Assembly: GCA_963754315.1 (NCBI GenBank)
Contig: CAVWFS010000010.1
Coordinates: 64,001 to 128,000, forward strand
Reading direction: 5' to 3'
Length of the DNA stretch: 64,000 nucleotides
DNA from: an uncultured Candidatus Rokubacteria bacterium
Lineage (GTDB): Bacteria > Methylomirabilota > Methylomirabilia > Rokubacteriales > CSP1-6
This document shows, piece by piece, positions 31,343 to 41,277 of the stretch (positions are counted from its first letter, which is position 1; each line of letters begins with the position of its first letter). The notes under the pieces were generated by a model. The model was not told the DNA's origin. It did no database searches and saw nothing but the letters and a program-made list of their open reading frames with translations. The position numbers were made by a program, and so were the translations under genes.

Positions 31343-32490
31343 ACTTTTCATTCACACAAGAGCAGGAGGAGCTGGCGCGTACTCTCCGGGCCTTTGCCCG
31401 CAAGGAGCTGGCGCCCCGCTCGGCGCACTGGGACAAGAGCGATGAATTTCCGTGGGATGCCTGGCGCCAGATGGGCGAGCTTGGCCTCCTCGGGCTGCGC
31501 GCGCCCGTCGACCTCGGGGGAGGGGGCGCGGATCTCGTTACCACCGGAATTGCCGTGGAGGAGATTGCCCGCGGTGATTTCGGGGCCACATACGGAATTC
31601 AGCTCGCGGCCTTCGCCGGCGAGATCATCGGCGGAAATGGGGTCGAGGAGATCAGGCAGCGCTGGATCCCCCCGACTACACGGGGCGAGACGATCGTGGC
31701 CCTGGCCCTCACCGAGCCGAGCACCGGCTCCGACGCCGCCCACCTCGCGTGCCGGGCGGAGCGCGACGGCGGCGACTACGTACTCACCGGCGAGAAGTCC
31801 GGTATCAGCCTGGGCATGGCCGCCCAGGCGGCGATCGTCTTCGCTCGAACAGGCTCCGGGACCGGGTCGCAGGGAATCAGCGCCTTCCTGGTCCCACTCG
31901 ATTCGCCTGGCGTTGCCCGCAGTCGCCTGCGCGACCTCGGTACTCACGTCATCGGGCGCGCCGTGCTCTCGTTCGATCATGTCCGGATCCCGGCCTCGCA
32001 CCGTCTCGGGGCCGAGGGCACGGGGTTCCGTCAAGTCATGCAGGGGTTCGACTTCAATCGTGTGCTCATCGGCCTGGCCTGTCTCGGCGCCGCCCAGGTG
32101 TCGCTCGAGGAGACCATGACCTACGTCAAGGAGCGGCAGGCCTTTGGGCGCGCGCTGGCGCGCTTCGAGGGCGTGTCGTTCCCGATCGCGGAAGCGGCCA
32201 CGCAGCTGGAGGCGGCCCGCTGGCTCTGCTACCGCGCGCTGTGGCTGGCCGATCGCGGCGCCCCCTACACGAAGGAGTCGGCCATGGTGAAGTGGTGGGT
32301 GCCGCGGCTGGCCGTCGACACCATCCACCAGTGCTTGCTCCTGCACGGCCACTACGGCTACACGGACGAGCTTCCCTTCGAGCAGCGAATGCGCGACGTG
32401 ATGGGGCTCGAGATCGGCGATGGCGCGGCGGCCATCATGAAGATCGTCGTGGCGCGGGAGCTGATTGGACGCGAGAGTCTGCCTTACTGA
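31336..32490 (+). CDS. Acyl-CoA dehydrogenase (cyclohexanecarboxyl-CoA dehydrogenase-like)
   Basis: ALALTEPSTGSDA, GEKSGIS, MQGFDFNR, LLHGHYGY, GLEIGDG. Confidence 0.88.
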   Translation: MLNFSFTQEQEELARTLRAFARKELAPRSAHWDKSDEFPWDAWRQMGELGLLGLRAPVDLGGGGADLVTTGIAVEEIARGDFGATYGIQLAAFAGEIIGGNGVEEIRQRWIPPTTRGETIVALALTEPSTGSDAAHLACRAERDGGDYVLTGEKSGISLGMAAQAAIVFARTGSGTGSQGISAFLVPLDSPGVARSRLRDLGTHVIGRAVLSFDHVRIPASHRLGAEGTGFRQVMQGFDFNRVLIGLACLGAAQVSLEETMTYVKERQAFGRALARFEGVSFPIAEAATQLEAARWLCYRALWLADRGAPYTKESAMVKWWVPRLAVDTIHQCLLLHGHYGYTDELPFEQRMRDVMGLEIGDGAAAIMKIVVARELIGRESLPY

Positions 32491-32569
32491 TGGGGCGGGG
32501 CTGAACCCCAGCAACGACACGAGGGTACAGCTGGTCGCTTGATGTCGCTCGCGATCGTGTGGCGTTCTC

Positions 32570-33514
32570 CTATTTGCGAGCCTCGAAGATGGCCCGGGGG
32601 TTCCGTACGAGCATCTGGTCGATCTGATCCTCGCTGACGCCGGCCTGACGAAGGGCGGGGAGGATGTCGTCAGAAATGTGGTTGTAATGCCAGCGCGGCC
32701 GGGTCCGCCGCTTGTCGTCCTCGGAGAGCATGTCGCTCCAGCAGTTGGCATCGTGGGAGAGGACCATCTTGGGGGCGTAACCCTCGGAGCAGAGCCGGGC
32801 GAGCACCTCGACCCGCTTGGCGGTAGGCAGGAAGTGCTCCAGGCCGAAGCGGTCCATACCGATCGTGCTCCCCCGCTCCATCAGCCCGCGCAGATACGAG
32901 AGATCGTCGCTGTCGCCGCTGTGGCCGATGATGACGCGACTCAAATCGACGCCCTCCTGCGCGAAGATCGCCTGCTGCGCCTCGCCCGATCGGCCGGCGG
33001 CCCACGTGTGCGTCGAGATCGGCACGCCGGTCGCCTTCTGGGCGCGGGCGGAAGCGCGCAGGATGTTCTCGATCACCGGCGTGACACCCGCGGTGTCGGT
33101 GGCGCACTTGATGATAGCGGCCTTGATGCCGCTCGCGCCGATGCCCTGACTGATGTCGCGAATGAACAGATCTGCCACCGCATCGACGCCGTGAGCGCTG
33201 AAGTACCGCTGGGGCATCCACCAGACACCGGTGGCCACGATCACGTGCACGCGCGATCGCCGGGCTACGTCGGCGATGAGGCCGATGTCGCGGCCGAGAT
33301 CGACGGTGGTGAGATCGACGATGGAGCGGATGCCGCGGCTGTACAGGTCGGCCAGCTTCCGTTCAGCGATGGCCAGGATCGCCGCCCGGTCCCAGAGGTG
33401 GGGCCAGTTCTCCTGCACCCCGGGCGAGCGCGTGACGATGTGTTCGTGCATCAAAGTCGGGCCAAGCTCGGTCGTGGCCGTCGGACCGAGCGCGGTCTCC
33501 ACCGTCGTTGCCAT
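32570..33514 (-). CDS. Phosphotriesterase/lactonase-family protein
   Basis: GPTLMHEH, DLGRD, IIKCATD, ISTHT, IIGHSGD, GMDRFG, LSHD. Confidence 0.9.
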   Translation of the reverse strand: MATTVETALGPTATTELGPTLMHEHIVTRSPGVQENWPHLWDRAAILAIAERKLADLYSRGIRSIVDLTTVDLGRDIGLIADVARRSRVHVIVATGVWWMPQRYFSAHGVDAVADLFIRDISQGIGASGIKAAIIKCATDTAGVTPVIENILRASARAQKATGVPISTHTWAAGRSGEAQQAIFAQEGVDLSRVIIGHSGDSDDLSYLRGLMERGSTIGMDRFGLEHFLPTAKRVEVLARLCSEGYAPKMVLSHDANCWSDMLSEDDKRRTRPRWHYNHISDDILPALRQAGVSEDQIDQMLVRNPRAIFEARK

Positions 33515-33625
33515 GGTGTCCTCCCCTCCGGCTGTCACATTCGTCGCCATAGTAGTCGACCTGGGCTGGCCGCGTCCGGTGACACACACCTCGCCCCTAC
33601 CCCGATGGGGTACCATGCAGCCGCC

Positions 33626-34948
33626 GTGGACGACCGATACGGGCTGCCGCTGACGACCGGTTCCCCTGCCGCCGCCGAGGCGTACGTTGACGGCGTTGAC
33701 CGATTGCTGGCCGCGCAGGTGGGGGCGGAGACGGCGTTCGCCCGCGCCGTCGCGGCCGATCCCAGCTTTGCGCTGGCGCGCGCCGATCTGGCCCGCGCTC
33801 TCGCCCTCTTCGGACGTATCCCGGAGGCTCGGGAGGTCATCGCGCAGGCGCGGGCGGCGGCCGCGGCCGCCACGCCGCGCGAGCGCCGGCACGTGGAAGC
33901 CATCGGGCTCACGCTCGAGGGAAGGGCGGCCGAGGCTCTGGCCACGGTGCGGGCCCACGCGGCGGAATTTCCTCGCGACGCGGTGGTGGTATCGCTTGCT
34001 ATCGGCGCCTTTGGGCTCATCAGCTTCTCCGGGCGTACCGCCCGCGATGCCGAGCTTCTGGCCTTCCTCGACGACCTCGCGCCTCACTATGCCGGCGACG
34101 ACTGGTGGTTTCTGTTCGCCCACGGCTGGGCGCACACCGAGTCTGGCGCCCGGACGCGCGGGCGGAAGATGATGGAGCGAGCGTTCACCCTCAACGCGCG
34201 CAGTGCCCACGCGGTCCACGGTCTTGCCCACTGCTTTTTCGAGGCGGGTGACGCTGCCGGCGGGACCGAGTTCGTTGGCCCCTGGCTGGCGGACTACGAT
34301 CGCGGCGGCCCGCTGCACTGCCATCTGGCCTGGCACCAGGCACTCTTCGAGCTGGCGGAAGGGCGTCCCGAGCGGGCCCTCGACCTTCATGCCGCTCATA
34401 TGAGGGCCTCGGTTTCCCAGTCGCCGCCGCTCAATCTGGTGACGGACGGCGCTTCGTTCCTGTGGCGGCTCCGGATCTACGACGAGGCCGAGGGACGTCC
34501 CCCGAGCGTGCTTCCCTGGCCCGAGGTGGCCGAAGTTGCGCGGCGCGCCTTTCCACGGGCGGGAGCTCACTTCGTCGATCTGCACTGCGCCATCGCTTTC
34601 GCCGCCACCGGCGACAGCGCCGCGCTGGAGCAACGGCTACGCGAGCTGCGAGACTTGGAGACGGCCGGGCGCGCGCCGACGGGACCGGTGGCACGCGTGC
34701 TCGCCGAAGCGGTGGCCGCCTTCGCGCGGGGCGACCACGCTGGCGCCGCCGATCTCATGGAGCCAGTGGCCGCCGGGATCGTCAGGATCGGAGGAAGCCA
34801 CGCCCAGCGTGAGCTGTTCGAGGACACCTTGCTTGTGGCCTGGCTCCGATCAGGGCGGTTCGAGCGCGCGCGAACGCTCCTCGCCGAGCGGCTGGCGCGC
34901 CGGCCATCGACGCGCGATGCCGCGTGGCTGACCCGCGCGTCCGCGTGA
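33626..34948 (+). CDS. TPR protein, TTC38-like
   Basis: DRYGLPLTT, AHAVHGLAHCFFE, LHCHLAWH, DGASFLWR, RIGGSHAQRELFE. Confidence 0.75.
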   Translation: MDDRYGLPLTTGSPAAAEAYVDGVDRLLAAQVGAETAFARAVAADPSFALARADLARALALFGRIPEAREVIAQARAAAAAATPRERRHVEAIGLTLEGRAAEALATVRAHAAEFPRDAVVVSLAIGAFGLISFSGRTARDAELLAFLDDLAPHYAGDDWWFLFAHGWAHTESGARTRGRKMMERAFTLNARSAHAVHGLAHCFFEAGDAAGGTEFVGPWLADYDRGGPLHCHLAWHQALFELAEGRPERALDLHAAHMRASVSQSPPLNLVTDGASFLWRLRIYDEAEGRPPSVLPWPEVAEVARRAFPRAGAHFVDLHCAIAFAATGDSAALEQRLRELRDLETAGRAPTGPVARVLAEAVAAFARGDHAGAADLMEPVAAGIVRIGGSHAQRELFEDTLLVAWLRSGRFERARTLLAERLARRPSTRDAAWLTRASA

Positions 34949-34957
34949 GCACATCGC

Positions 34958-35788
34958 TCACGGCGTGTAGAAGGGTTTGTCTCCCTTGATCGTCACCCGG
35001 TGGCCGTGGCGACGCTGGGGATAGTAGTCCCACATCGCGTGGTGCTGCACGCAGCGGTTGTCCCAGAAGGCGACCGAATTGACCTGCCAGCGGAAGCGGC
35101 ACTGGAACTCCGGCGTCTCAAGGTGCCGGAAAAGGAACTGGAGCAGCGCGTCGCTCTCCGCCCGCGCGAGCTGCACGATGCGCGTGGTGAAGCCGCCGTT
35201 GACGAACAGCGCCTTGCGGCCAGATACGGGATGGGTCCGGATCACCGGGTGCTCGGCCTTGGGGAACACGCGGCCCCTGTCGTCGACACCGTAGCGCCCA
35301 CGGTAGACGTGTTCGCCCTCGTGCATGGCGGTCAGTGGCTCGAGAAAGCGCTTCATCGGCGCCGACAGCCCGTCATAGGCCGCGTACATGCTGGCGAAGA
35401 GCGTGTCGCCGCCGACCGGAGGGAGCTCGTGCATATAGAGAATGCTGCCCATGGGCGGTTCCGGATCGCAGGAGACGTCGGAGTGCCAGTTCTCGCCAGC
35501 CACCCGCGTGGATGTCTCGTCCGCATGGATGACGAGGATCTCGGGGTGGCCTTCGAGCAGCGAGGGCGCCGCCGGATGCACATGCAGCTCGCCGAACAAT
35601 CGCCCGAAGTCCTTCTGCTGCTCCGGCGTGAGGTGCTGGCCGCGGAAGAAGATGACGCCGTTGTCCACCAGGGCCGCGTGGATCTCCTTGAAGGTGCGCT
35701 CGTCGAGTGGGCGCGCGAGGTCCACACCCCGGATCTCGGCGCCGACGTGGGGAGTGAGCTTGTCGATCTGGATGGCGGTATACGTCAT
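34958..35788 (-). CDS. TauD/TfdA-family Fe(II)/2-oxoglutarate dioxygenase
   Basis: LTPHVGAEI, WHSDVS, GGDTLFASM, HPVIRTHP, WDNRCVQHHA. Confidence 0.92.
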   Translation of the reverse strand: MTYTAIQIDKLTPHVGAEIRGVDLARPLDERTFKEIHAALVDNGVIFFRGQHLTPEQQKDFGRLFGELHVHPAAPSLLEGHPEILVIHADETSTRVAGENWHSDVSCDPEPPMGSILYMHELPPVGGDTLFASMYAAYDGLSAPMKRFLEPLTAMHEGEHVYRGRYGVDDRGRVFPKAEHPVIRTHPVSGRKALFVNGGFTTRIVQLARAESDALLQFLFRHLETPEFQCRFRWQVNSVAFWDNRCVQHHAMWDYYPQRRHGHRVTIKGDKPFYTP

Positions 35789-36000
35789 GACGGCCTCCTG
35801 CTTGAGGCCGTGAGACAGCTGCCTGCGGTTGCCGCAGGCTAGCCGTGGCCGCCAGCAAAGTCAAGCACCGGAAAGCGCAATGGCACGGGCAAGCGCGTCG
35901 AAGCCAGTTCCACGCACGCCACGCGTCTTACCTGCACGCGGACGCCAACGTGCGTTATGGTGGTCAGATCGCTCGCGATGCCGAGGTTGAGGAGGCGCCC

Positions 36001-36357
36001 GTGAAATACATGCTGATGATCTGCCGCGACGAGCCGGCCTGGGACAAGCTCAGCGTGTCCGAGCGACAGCAGATCTACGAGGAGACCCGGGTGCTCTCGC
36101 AAGAGCTCGCATCGCGCGGCCAGTATCTCGGCGGGTTTCCGCTGCATCCGTCGTCGTCAGCCACCAGCGTCCGCGTGCGCGACGGTAAGCGACTGGTGAC
36201 CGACGGTCCATTCGCGGAGACCCGCGAACAGCTCGGTGGCTACATGCTCGTGGACGTCACGGACCTCGATGAGGCCATTGCGGTTGCGGCGCGCATCCCC
36301 TTGGCGCGCACCAGCACGATCGAGGTCCGGCCGGTGAGGGAGGGGCCGCCGACGTAG
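36001..36357 (+). CDS. YciI-family (DGPF) protein
   Basis: VTDGPFAETREQLGGY, IEVRPV. RBS GAGGAGG before the GTG. Confidence 0.88.
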   Translation: MKYMLMICRDEPAWDKLSVSERQQIYEETRVLSQELASRGQYLGGFPLHPSSSATSVRVRDGKRLVTDGPFAETREQLGGYMLVDVTDLDEAIAVAARIPLARTSTIEVRPVREGPPT

Positions 36358-36384
36358 TTGCCAAGGGCAGGGAGCACCGTTTTT

Positions 36385-36819
36385 TCAGGAGCGTCCCGGA
36401 CTCACGACCTCGAAGCCGAGCGCCCTGGCGCCGGCCGCTTCCGCAAGGTCATTGGTCATGAGACGCCGCAACCCTAGTTCCTCCATGGCCGCCAGGTGAA
36501 GCCGATCGAGAGTTCGGCAGTGGATCCTGCGCGCGTCTCGATCCTGACGTAGTGCGGTTGGGAAGAGCGAGGCGGCCAGCGGCCGGAAATTGAAGGGGTC
36601 GATCTCGTGGAACGCGTTCAATCGGTCGACATAGGCGCGGTATCGCCGTTCCCGGTATTCCCGCGAGAGCCAGCCGGCCCGGAGCTGCACCGTGGTTTCC
36701 AGTTCCGTGAGCGCCGAGACGATGACCTCTGCCTCCCGGGCCACCGCGAGCCGCACCGCGCCACTCTCCGGTTCCTCCAGGAGGAGCTTCAGCAGACAGC
36801 TCGTGTCGAGGTAGATCAC
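36385..36819 (-). CDS. VapC-type PIN toxin
   Basis: IYLDTSCLLKL, RTLDRLHLAA, LMTND. Confidence 0.88.
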   Translation of the reverse strand: MIYLDTSCLLKLLLEEPESGAVRLAVAREAEVIVSALTELETTVQLRAGWLSREYRERRYRAYVDRLNAFHEIDPFNFRPLAASLFPTALRQDRDARRIHCRTLDRLHLAAMEELGLRRLMTNDLAEAAGARALGFEVVSPGRS

Positions 36820-36837
36820 CGCCGAGACACCTCAAGG

Positions 36838-37086
36838 TTAATCCTTCCGGGCTGCCCTCACGGCACGATCGACCCAGCGCGAGACCTTGCCGCCAGCAAT
36901 TCTTCGTTGCCACCGCGCATGCGCAGCCGGGTCGAACCGCCTACGCGGTCGCGAGCGCTCGGAAATGTGCACCAGCTTGGCGACCGGCTTTGTGTCGCGG
37001 GTGATGATGATTTCCTTCTCCACCTGGAGCAGCGCCTCGGCGTCCGGCCATCGTTGACGGAGGTCGCGGATGCTCATGGTCTTCAC
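36838..37086 (-). CDS. Phd/YefM-like antitoxin
   Basis: MKTMSIRDLRQRW...EIIITRDTKPVAKL, directly upstream of the PIN toxin. Confidence 0.8.
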   Translation of the reverse strand: MKTMSIRDLRQRWPDAEALLQVEKEIIITRDTKPVAKLVHISERSRPRRRFDPAAHARWQRRIAGGKVSRWVDRAVRAARKD

Positions 37087-37260
37087 GCGGACAGGATAAC
37101 ATGTTTCACGCAGCCATCGGCGGGCCCTCGACGAGGACGGTGCGCTCTTCCACCAGGACGACGTGGATCACGCCGGGCAGCTTCTGTCCCCGTGAGGGAC
37201 GACGCTCTCCGTCGGGGCGTTCTCGCCGCCGTGCTGGGTCGAGATTCGGGAAGGCATTGC

Positions 37261-37840
37261 TTACGGGAGAATGTCGGCGACTGCGATAACCGCACCGGGG
37301 AGTGCGAGCGGGGAGATGAGAGCCTCCGGCCCGTGACGCTCCACGCTGCGATACGCCCACCCGTAGGCGGCCTCGGACTCTCGCGCGGGATCGCGGTGAA
37401 TCTCCACCAAACGGTCCACGAGGTTCACGATCCAATAGTCGGCGATACCTGCCCGCGCGTAGAGGCTGCCCTTGATCTACTCTGTCGCCGACGAGGCTGC
37501 TGTCGGCGACCTCCACAACCAGGACGGGCCTCTGGGGATGGGCCTGCCCGTAATCACGCCGCGTCCCCGGGACCACGGCAGCGTCCGGCTCCGGCTCAGA
37601 TTCGTCGTCGAGAGCGATGGGCGCTTGCCCTCTGACGACCCAGCCACGCGTAAAGGCTTCTCGCAACGCGTCCTCGACGAGGCCCACCGCCGTCGCATGA
37701 GGACTGTTCTGAGGCTCGGCGACGAGCAGCTGGCCGCCGATCAGCTCGACTCGGTCGCCGGGCTGAAAGAAACCACACTCGACGAGCCTCTCGTACTCGA
37801 CGCGTGACCATCGCCGGAGGCGAAGATCGAGATCGGCCAC
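37261..37840 (-). CDS. Uma2-family PD-(D/E)XK endonuclease, frameshift at ~37474
   Basis: RVELIGG, SEPEPDAAVV, LVVEVADSS, then KGSLYARAGIADYWIVNL...VADILP* in the shifted frame. Confidence 0.88.
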
Positions 37841-37947
37841 GAGTGTGAGGTTACCGGGCCGGCCTTGCGGCCGTCAATGTCTCCGATCAAAGACACTGGC
37901 TCACCCGGGCGGTCAAGGGTAGAACTCTAACAGAAGGGGGAAGACTC

Positions 37948-40900
37948 TTGATCCGGGTCATCGAGTCGGCGGCGAGCGCCGAGCGAGTGGAGGCGGCACG
38001 CGAGTTCCTGGCCGCGCTGCCGGCGGCTGCCGGCGCGCTGGTGGTTGGCGCTTCGCGCGGCGCCGCCGACGACCTCGTGCGACGGGTGACGGCGACGGCC
38101 GGCGTCACGTTCGGGATCCATCGCATGAGCCTCACCCAGCTGGCCGTGCACATGGCGGCCATGGCGTTGGCTCAGCGCGGTGCGGTTCCCCTGACATCGC
38201 TCGGCGCGGAGGCGGTCACAGCGCGTGTCATCTTCGAGACGCTCGCGGCAGATACCCTCGGGTACTTCACTCCGGTGGCGCGCTTCCCAGGCTTCGCGCG
38301 CGCTGTCGCTTCGACCCTCGGCGAGCTGCGGCTCGCCCAGATTGTGCCGGAGGCGCTGGGGGCAACACGAGCACCGGCGGCCGCGGGGCAGGGGGCGGGG
38401 AATGCGAGCGGGGACGTAGCCGAGCTGCTGACTCGGTTCGCTAAACTACTGGGGACGGGAGGGCTGGCCGACCGCCGCGCGCTCTTCGATCTGGCGGTGT
38501 CGGCAGGCGCGACAGCGGCGATCGCCGGGCTACCGCTCGTGCTGCTCGACGTCCCGATCCCCTCGTCGACCGAGGCCACCTTCGTCGGGCGGCTTTTCGC
38601 CCTGTCGCCCTCGGTACTCGTCACTGTTCCCGCCGGAGACGACAGCACCGTGCGCGCGCTCGAGGCGCTGGGTGCTCGGCCCGAACGGCCGAGCCGGCGC
38701 GCGCTCAAGCGACGCACGGATACCACAGCGACGGATGACGCCTCCGGCCTCGGACACTTGCGCAGATACCTCTTCTCCGAGACCGCACCGACCTCTGAGG
38801 CTCAGCCGGGTGAAGCCGTCTTTTTTTCCGCGCCGGGTGAGGGCCGGGAGGCGATCGAGATTGCACGGCGCCTTCTCGGAGAGGCGCGAGATGGGACGCC
38901 GTTCGACCAGATCGCGATCCTGCTTCGCGCGCCGCAGGTCTACTCCAGTCTGCTCGAGATCGCGCTCGGCCGGGCGGGGATTCCCGTCTTCTTCGCGCGG
39001 GGCGTACGGAGGCCCCATCCGGCAGGGCGCGCGCTGCTTGCCCTGCTCGACTGCGCCAGAGAGAAGCTCTCGGCCCGGCGATTCGCGGAGTACCTGTCGC
39101 TCGGCCAGGTTCCCCCCCTCGACGCCGATGGCACGCCGCCGCGAGCCGTGGGCGTGTGGGTGGAAGCTGACGCCGAGGCGCTGACCCTGGGAGCCGACGA
39201 TGGCAACCCGGAGACGGACGAGCTGGCGCCGACCGAGGCCCCCGTGGAGGATACCGACACGCGCCCCGTCCTCGAAGGCGCGCTACGCGCGCCGTGGAAG
39301 TGGGAGCGGTTCCTCGTCGATTCGGCGGTGATCGGAGGCCGCGAACGGTGGAGTCGACGCCTGGACGGCTTTGCCGAGGAGCTTCGCCTGAAGGTTGGGG
39401 AGCTTCGCCGGGAGGAACCAGATTCTCCACGAGTCGCGGCGATCGAGCGGGATCTGGCGGATCTCGAGCACCTCCGGCGATTCGTGCTTCCCGTGATCGA
39501 GCGGCTGGCGGCGCTGCCCGTGCAGGCTACGTGGGGCGAGTGGATCACCGAACTCGAAGGGCTCACCCCGATGGTTCTCAGGCGACCGGAGCGGGTGCTC
39601 GCCGTGCTGGCGGAGCTTCGTGTGCTCGGTCCGATCGGGCCGGTGACGCTCGACGAAGTGCGGGACGTGCTTGCCGATGAACTGGCCACGGTGGCCGAGC
39701 GGCCGCCGGCGACCCGCTACGGGCGGGTGTTCGTGGGCACGCTCGAGCAGGCCCGGGGGCACGCGTTCGAGGTGGTGTTCGTCCCGGGCCTTGCCGAGCG
39801 CGTCTTTCCCCAGAAACCGCGAGAGGACCCGATCCTTCTGGACATCTTGCGGCGGGAGATCGGCGCTCAGCTCAGACTGCAGGGTGATCGCGCCCAGCAC
39901 GAGCGCCTTCTCCTGCGCATCGCCGTCGGCGCGGCGGCGCGGCGCGTGTATCTGTCCTACTCGCGAATCGAGCTGGTGGAGGCGCGCCCGCGCGTGCCGT
40001 CGTTCTACGCGATGGAAGTGCAGCGGGCGCTGGCCGGGCGGATTCCCGATCCGCAGACGCTCGAGCGCGATGCGGCGGAGAGGGGGCACGCTCGGCTGGC
40101 ATGGCCCGCCCCCGACGATCCCGCGCAGGCCATCGACGAGATCGAGCACGATTTGGCGAGCCTGGGCGCGCTCCTGCGTCGGCCAACGGCCGAGGTGCGG
40201 GGGCGCGCGCGCTATCTACTCGAGCTGAACGACCGGCTCGCGCGATCCCTGCGCACGCGGTGGGCGCGCTGGCGGCCGCGCTTTACGCCGTACGACGGCA
40301 TCGTGCAGCTCGCCGATGGCACCCGCGGCCTCCTGGAGGCCTCGCGGCCGACGGCACGCGCCTACTCCGTCTCGGCCCTCCAGCGTTTCGCCGCCTGCCC
40401 GTACCAGTTTTATCTCTCCGCGATCTGCCGGCTGGCCCCGCGCAAAGAAATCGGGCCCCTCGATCGGCTCGACCCGCTGACGCGGGGGAGCCTCTTTCAC
40501 CAGGCCCAGGCGGAGTGCTTGCGCCTCCTCCAAGGGACAGGGCAGCTTCCCTTGTCACAGGCGAAATTGCCGGAGGCGCTGAGTGTGCTTGATCGGGTGC
40601 TGGACCGCGTCGCCGGCGAGTATCGCGAGAAGCTCGCGCCGGCCATCGCGCGGGTCTGGCAGGACGAGATCGAGTCGATTCGCGTCGATCTACGTACGTG
40701 GCTCGATCGATCCATTGAAGGGCAAGCCACCTGGGAGCCTTTCGCGTTCGAGCTGGCCTTCGGTCTGCCCGGCGGACCCGGTGTGGACGCGGGCAGCATC
40801 CGCGAGGAGGTCACCCTGCCCGGCGGCTGGCGCCTGCGCGGCATCATCGACCTGATCGAGCGGCGTCGTGAACGCCCCGATCTGCGGGTCACCGACCACA

Positions 40901-41277
40901 AGACGGGGCTCAATCGCACGGCTGCCGGCCTTGTGGTCGGCAAGGGTGAGGCGCTCCAGCCTGTGCTCTATGGTCTCGCGGTGGAGCAGATCTTCGGACA
41001 ACCCGTGGTCGAGTCGCGCCTCTCATACTGCACGCGGGCCGGAGAGTTCTCGGAGCGAGTCGTTCCCATGGCCGAGCCTGCGCGCGAGCGCGGCCTCGAA
41101 GTGCTCACGCTGATCGACCGCGCCATTGCAAAGGGGTTCTTGCCGCCGGCGCCTCGCCAGAAAGCGTGCGCCATCTGCGACTTTCTTCTGATCTGCGGTC
41201 CGAGCGAGGAGCGCCGCATCGAGCAGAAGGACCAGCGGGCCCTTCAAGACCTCTTACTCTTGCGGAGCTGGCCATGA
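37948..41277 (+). CDS. addB: AddB-like subunit (degenerate helicase fold plus Fe-S PD-(D/E)XK nuclease)
   Basis: No Walker A motif. SVSALQRFAACPYQF, LRGIIDLIE, VTDHKTG, QPVLY, CAICDFLLIC. Overlaps the AddA-like gene. Confidence 0.75.
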   Translation: MIRVIESAASAERVEAAREFLAALPAAAGALVVGASRGAADDLVRRVTATAGVTFGIHRMSLTQLAVHMAAMALAQRGAVPLTSLGAEAVTARVIFETLAADTLGYFTPVARFPGFARAVASTLGELRLAQIVPEALGATRAPAAAGQGAGNASGDVAELLTRFAKLLGTGGLADRRALFDLAVSAGATAAIAGLPLVLLDVPIPSSTEATFVGRLFALSPSVLVTVPAGDDSTVRALEALGARPERPSRRALKRRTDTTATDDASGLGHLRRYLFSETAPTSEAQPGEAVFFSAPGEGREAIEIARRLLGEARDGTPFDQIAILLRAPQVYSSLLEIALGRAGIPVFFARGVRRPHPAGRALLALLDCAREKLSARRFAEYLSLGQVPPLDADGTPPRAVGVWVEADAEALTLGADDGNPETDELAPTEAPVEDTDTRPVLEGALRAPWKWERFLVDSAVIGGRERWSRRLDGFAEELRLKVGELRREEPDSPRVAAIERDLADLEHLRRFVLPVIERLAALPVQATWGEWITELEGLTPMVLRRPERVLAVLAELRVLGPIGPVTLDEVRDVLADELATVAERPPATRYGRVFVGTLEQARGHAFEVVFVPGLAERVFPQKPREDPILLDILRREIGAQLRLQGDRAQHERLLLRIAVGAAARRVYLSYSRIELVEARPRVPSFYAMEVQRALAGRIPDPQTLERDAAERGHARLAWPAPDDPAQAIDEIEHDLASLGALLRRPTAEVRGRARYLLELNDRLARSLRTRWARWRPRFTPYDGIVQLADGTRGLLEASRPTARAYSVSALQRFAACPYQFYLSAICRLAPRKEIGPLDRLDPLTRGSLFHQAQAECLRLLQGTGQLPLSQAKLPEALSVLDRVLDRVAGEYREKLAPAIARVWQDEIESIRVDLRTWLDRSIEGQATWEPFAFELAFGLPGGPGVDAGSIREEVTLPGGWRLRGIIDLIERRRERPDLRVTDHKTGLNRTAAGLVVGKGEALQPVLYGLAVEQIFGQPVVESRLSYCTRAGEFSERVVPMAEPARERGLEVLTLIDRAIAKGFLPPAPRQKACAICDFLLICGPSEERRIEQKDQRALQDLLLLRSWP

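Noticed and set aside
32678..34633. Long mutually overlapping ORFs of 687 aa and 756 aa
   Set aside because: Each is a real gene (PTE, TPR) extended upstream through the antisense of the other.
40360..41277. Cas4-like Fe-S nuclease suggesting a CRISPR system
   Set aside because: It is the C-terminal domain of the AddB-like protein, and there are no cas genes or repeat-spacer array in the window.
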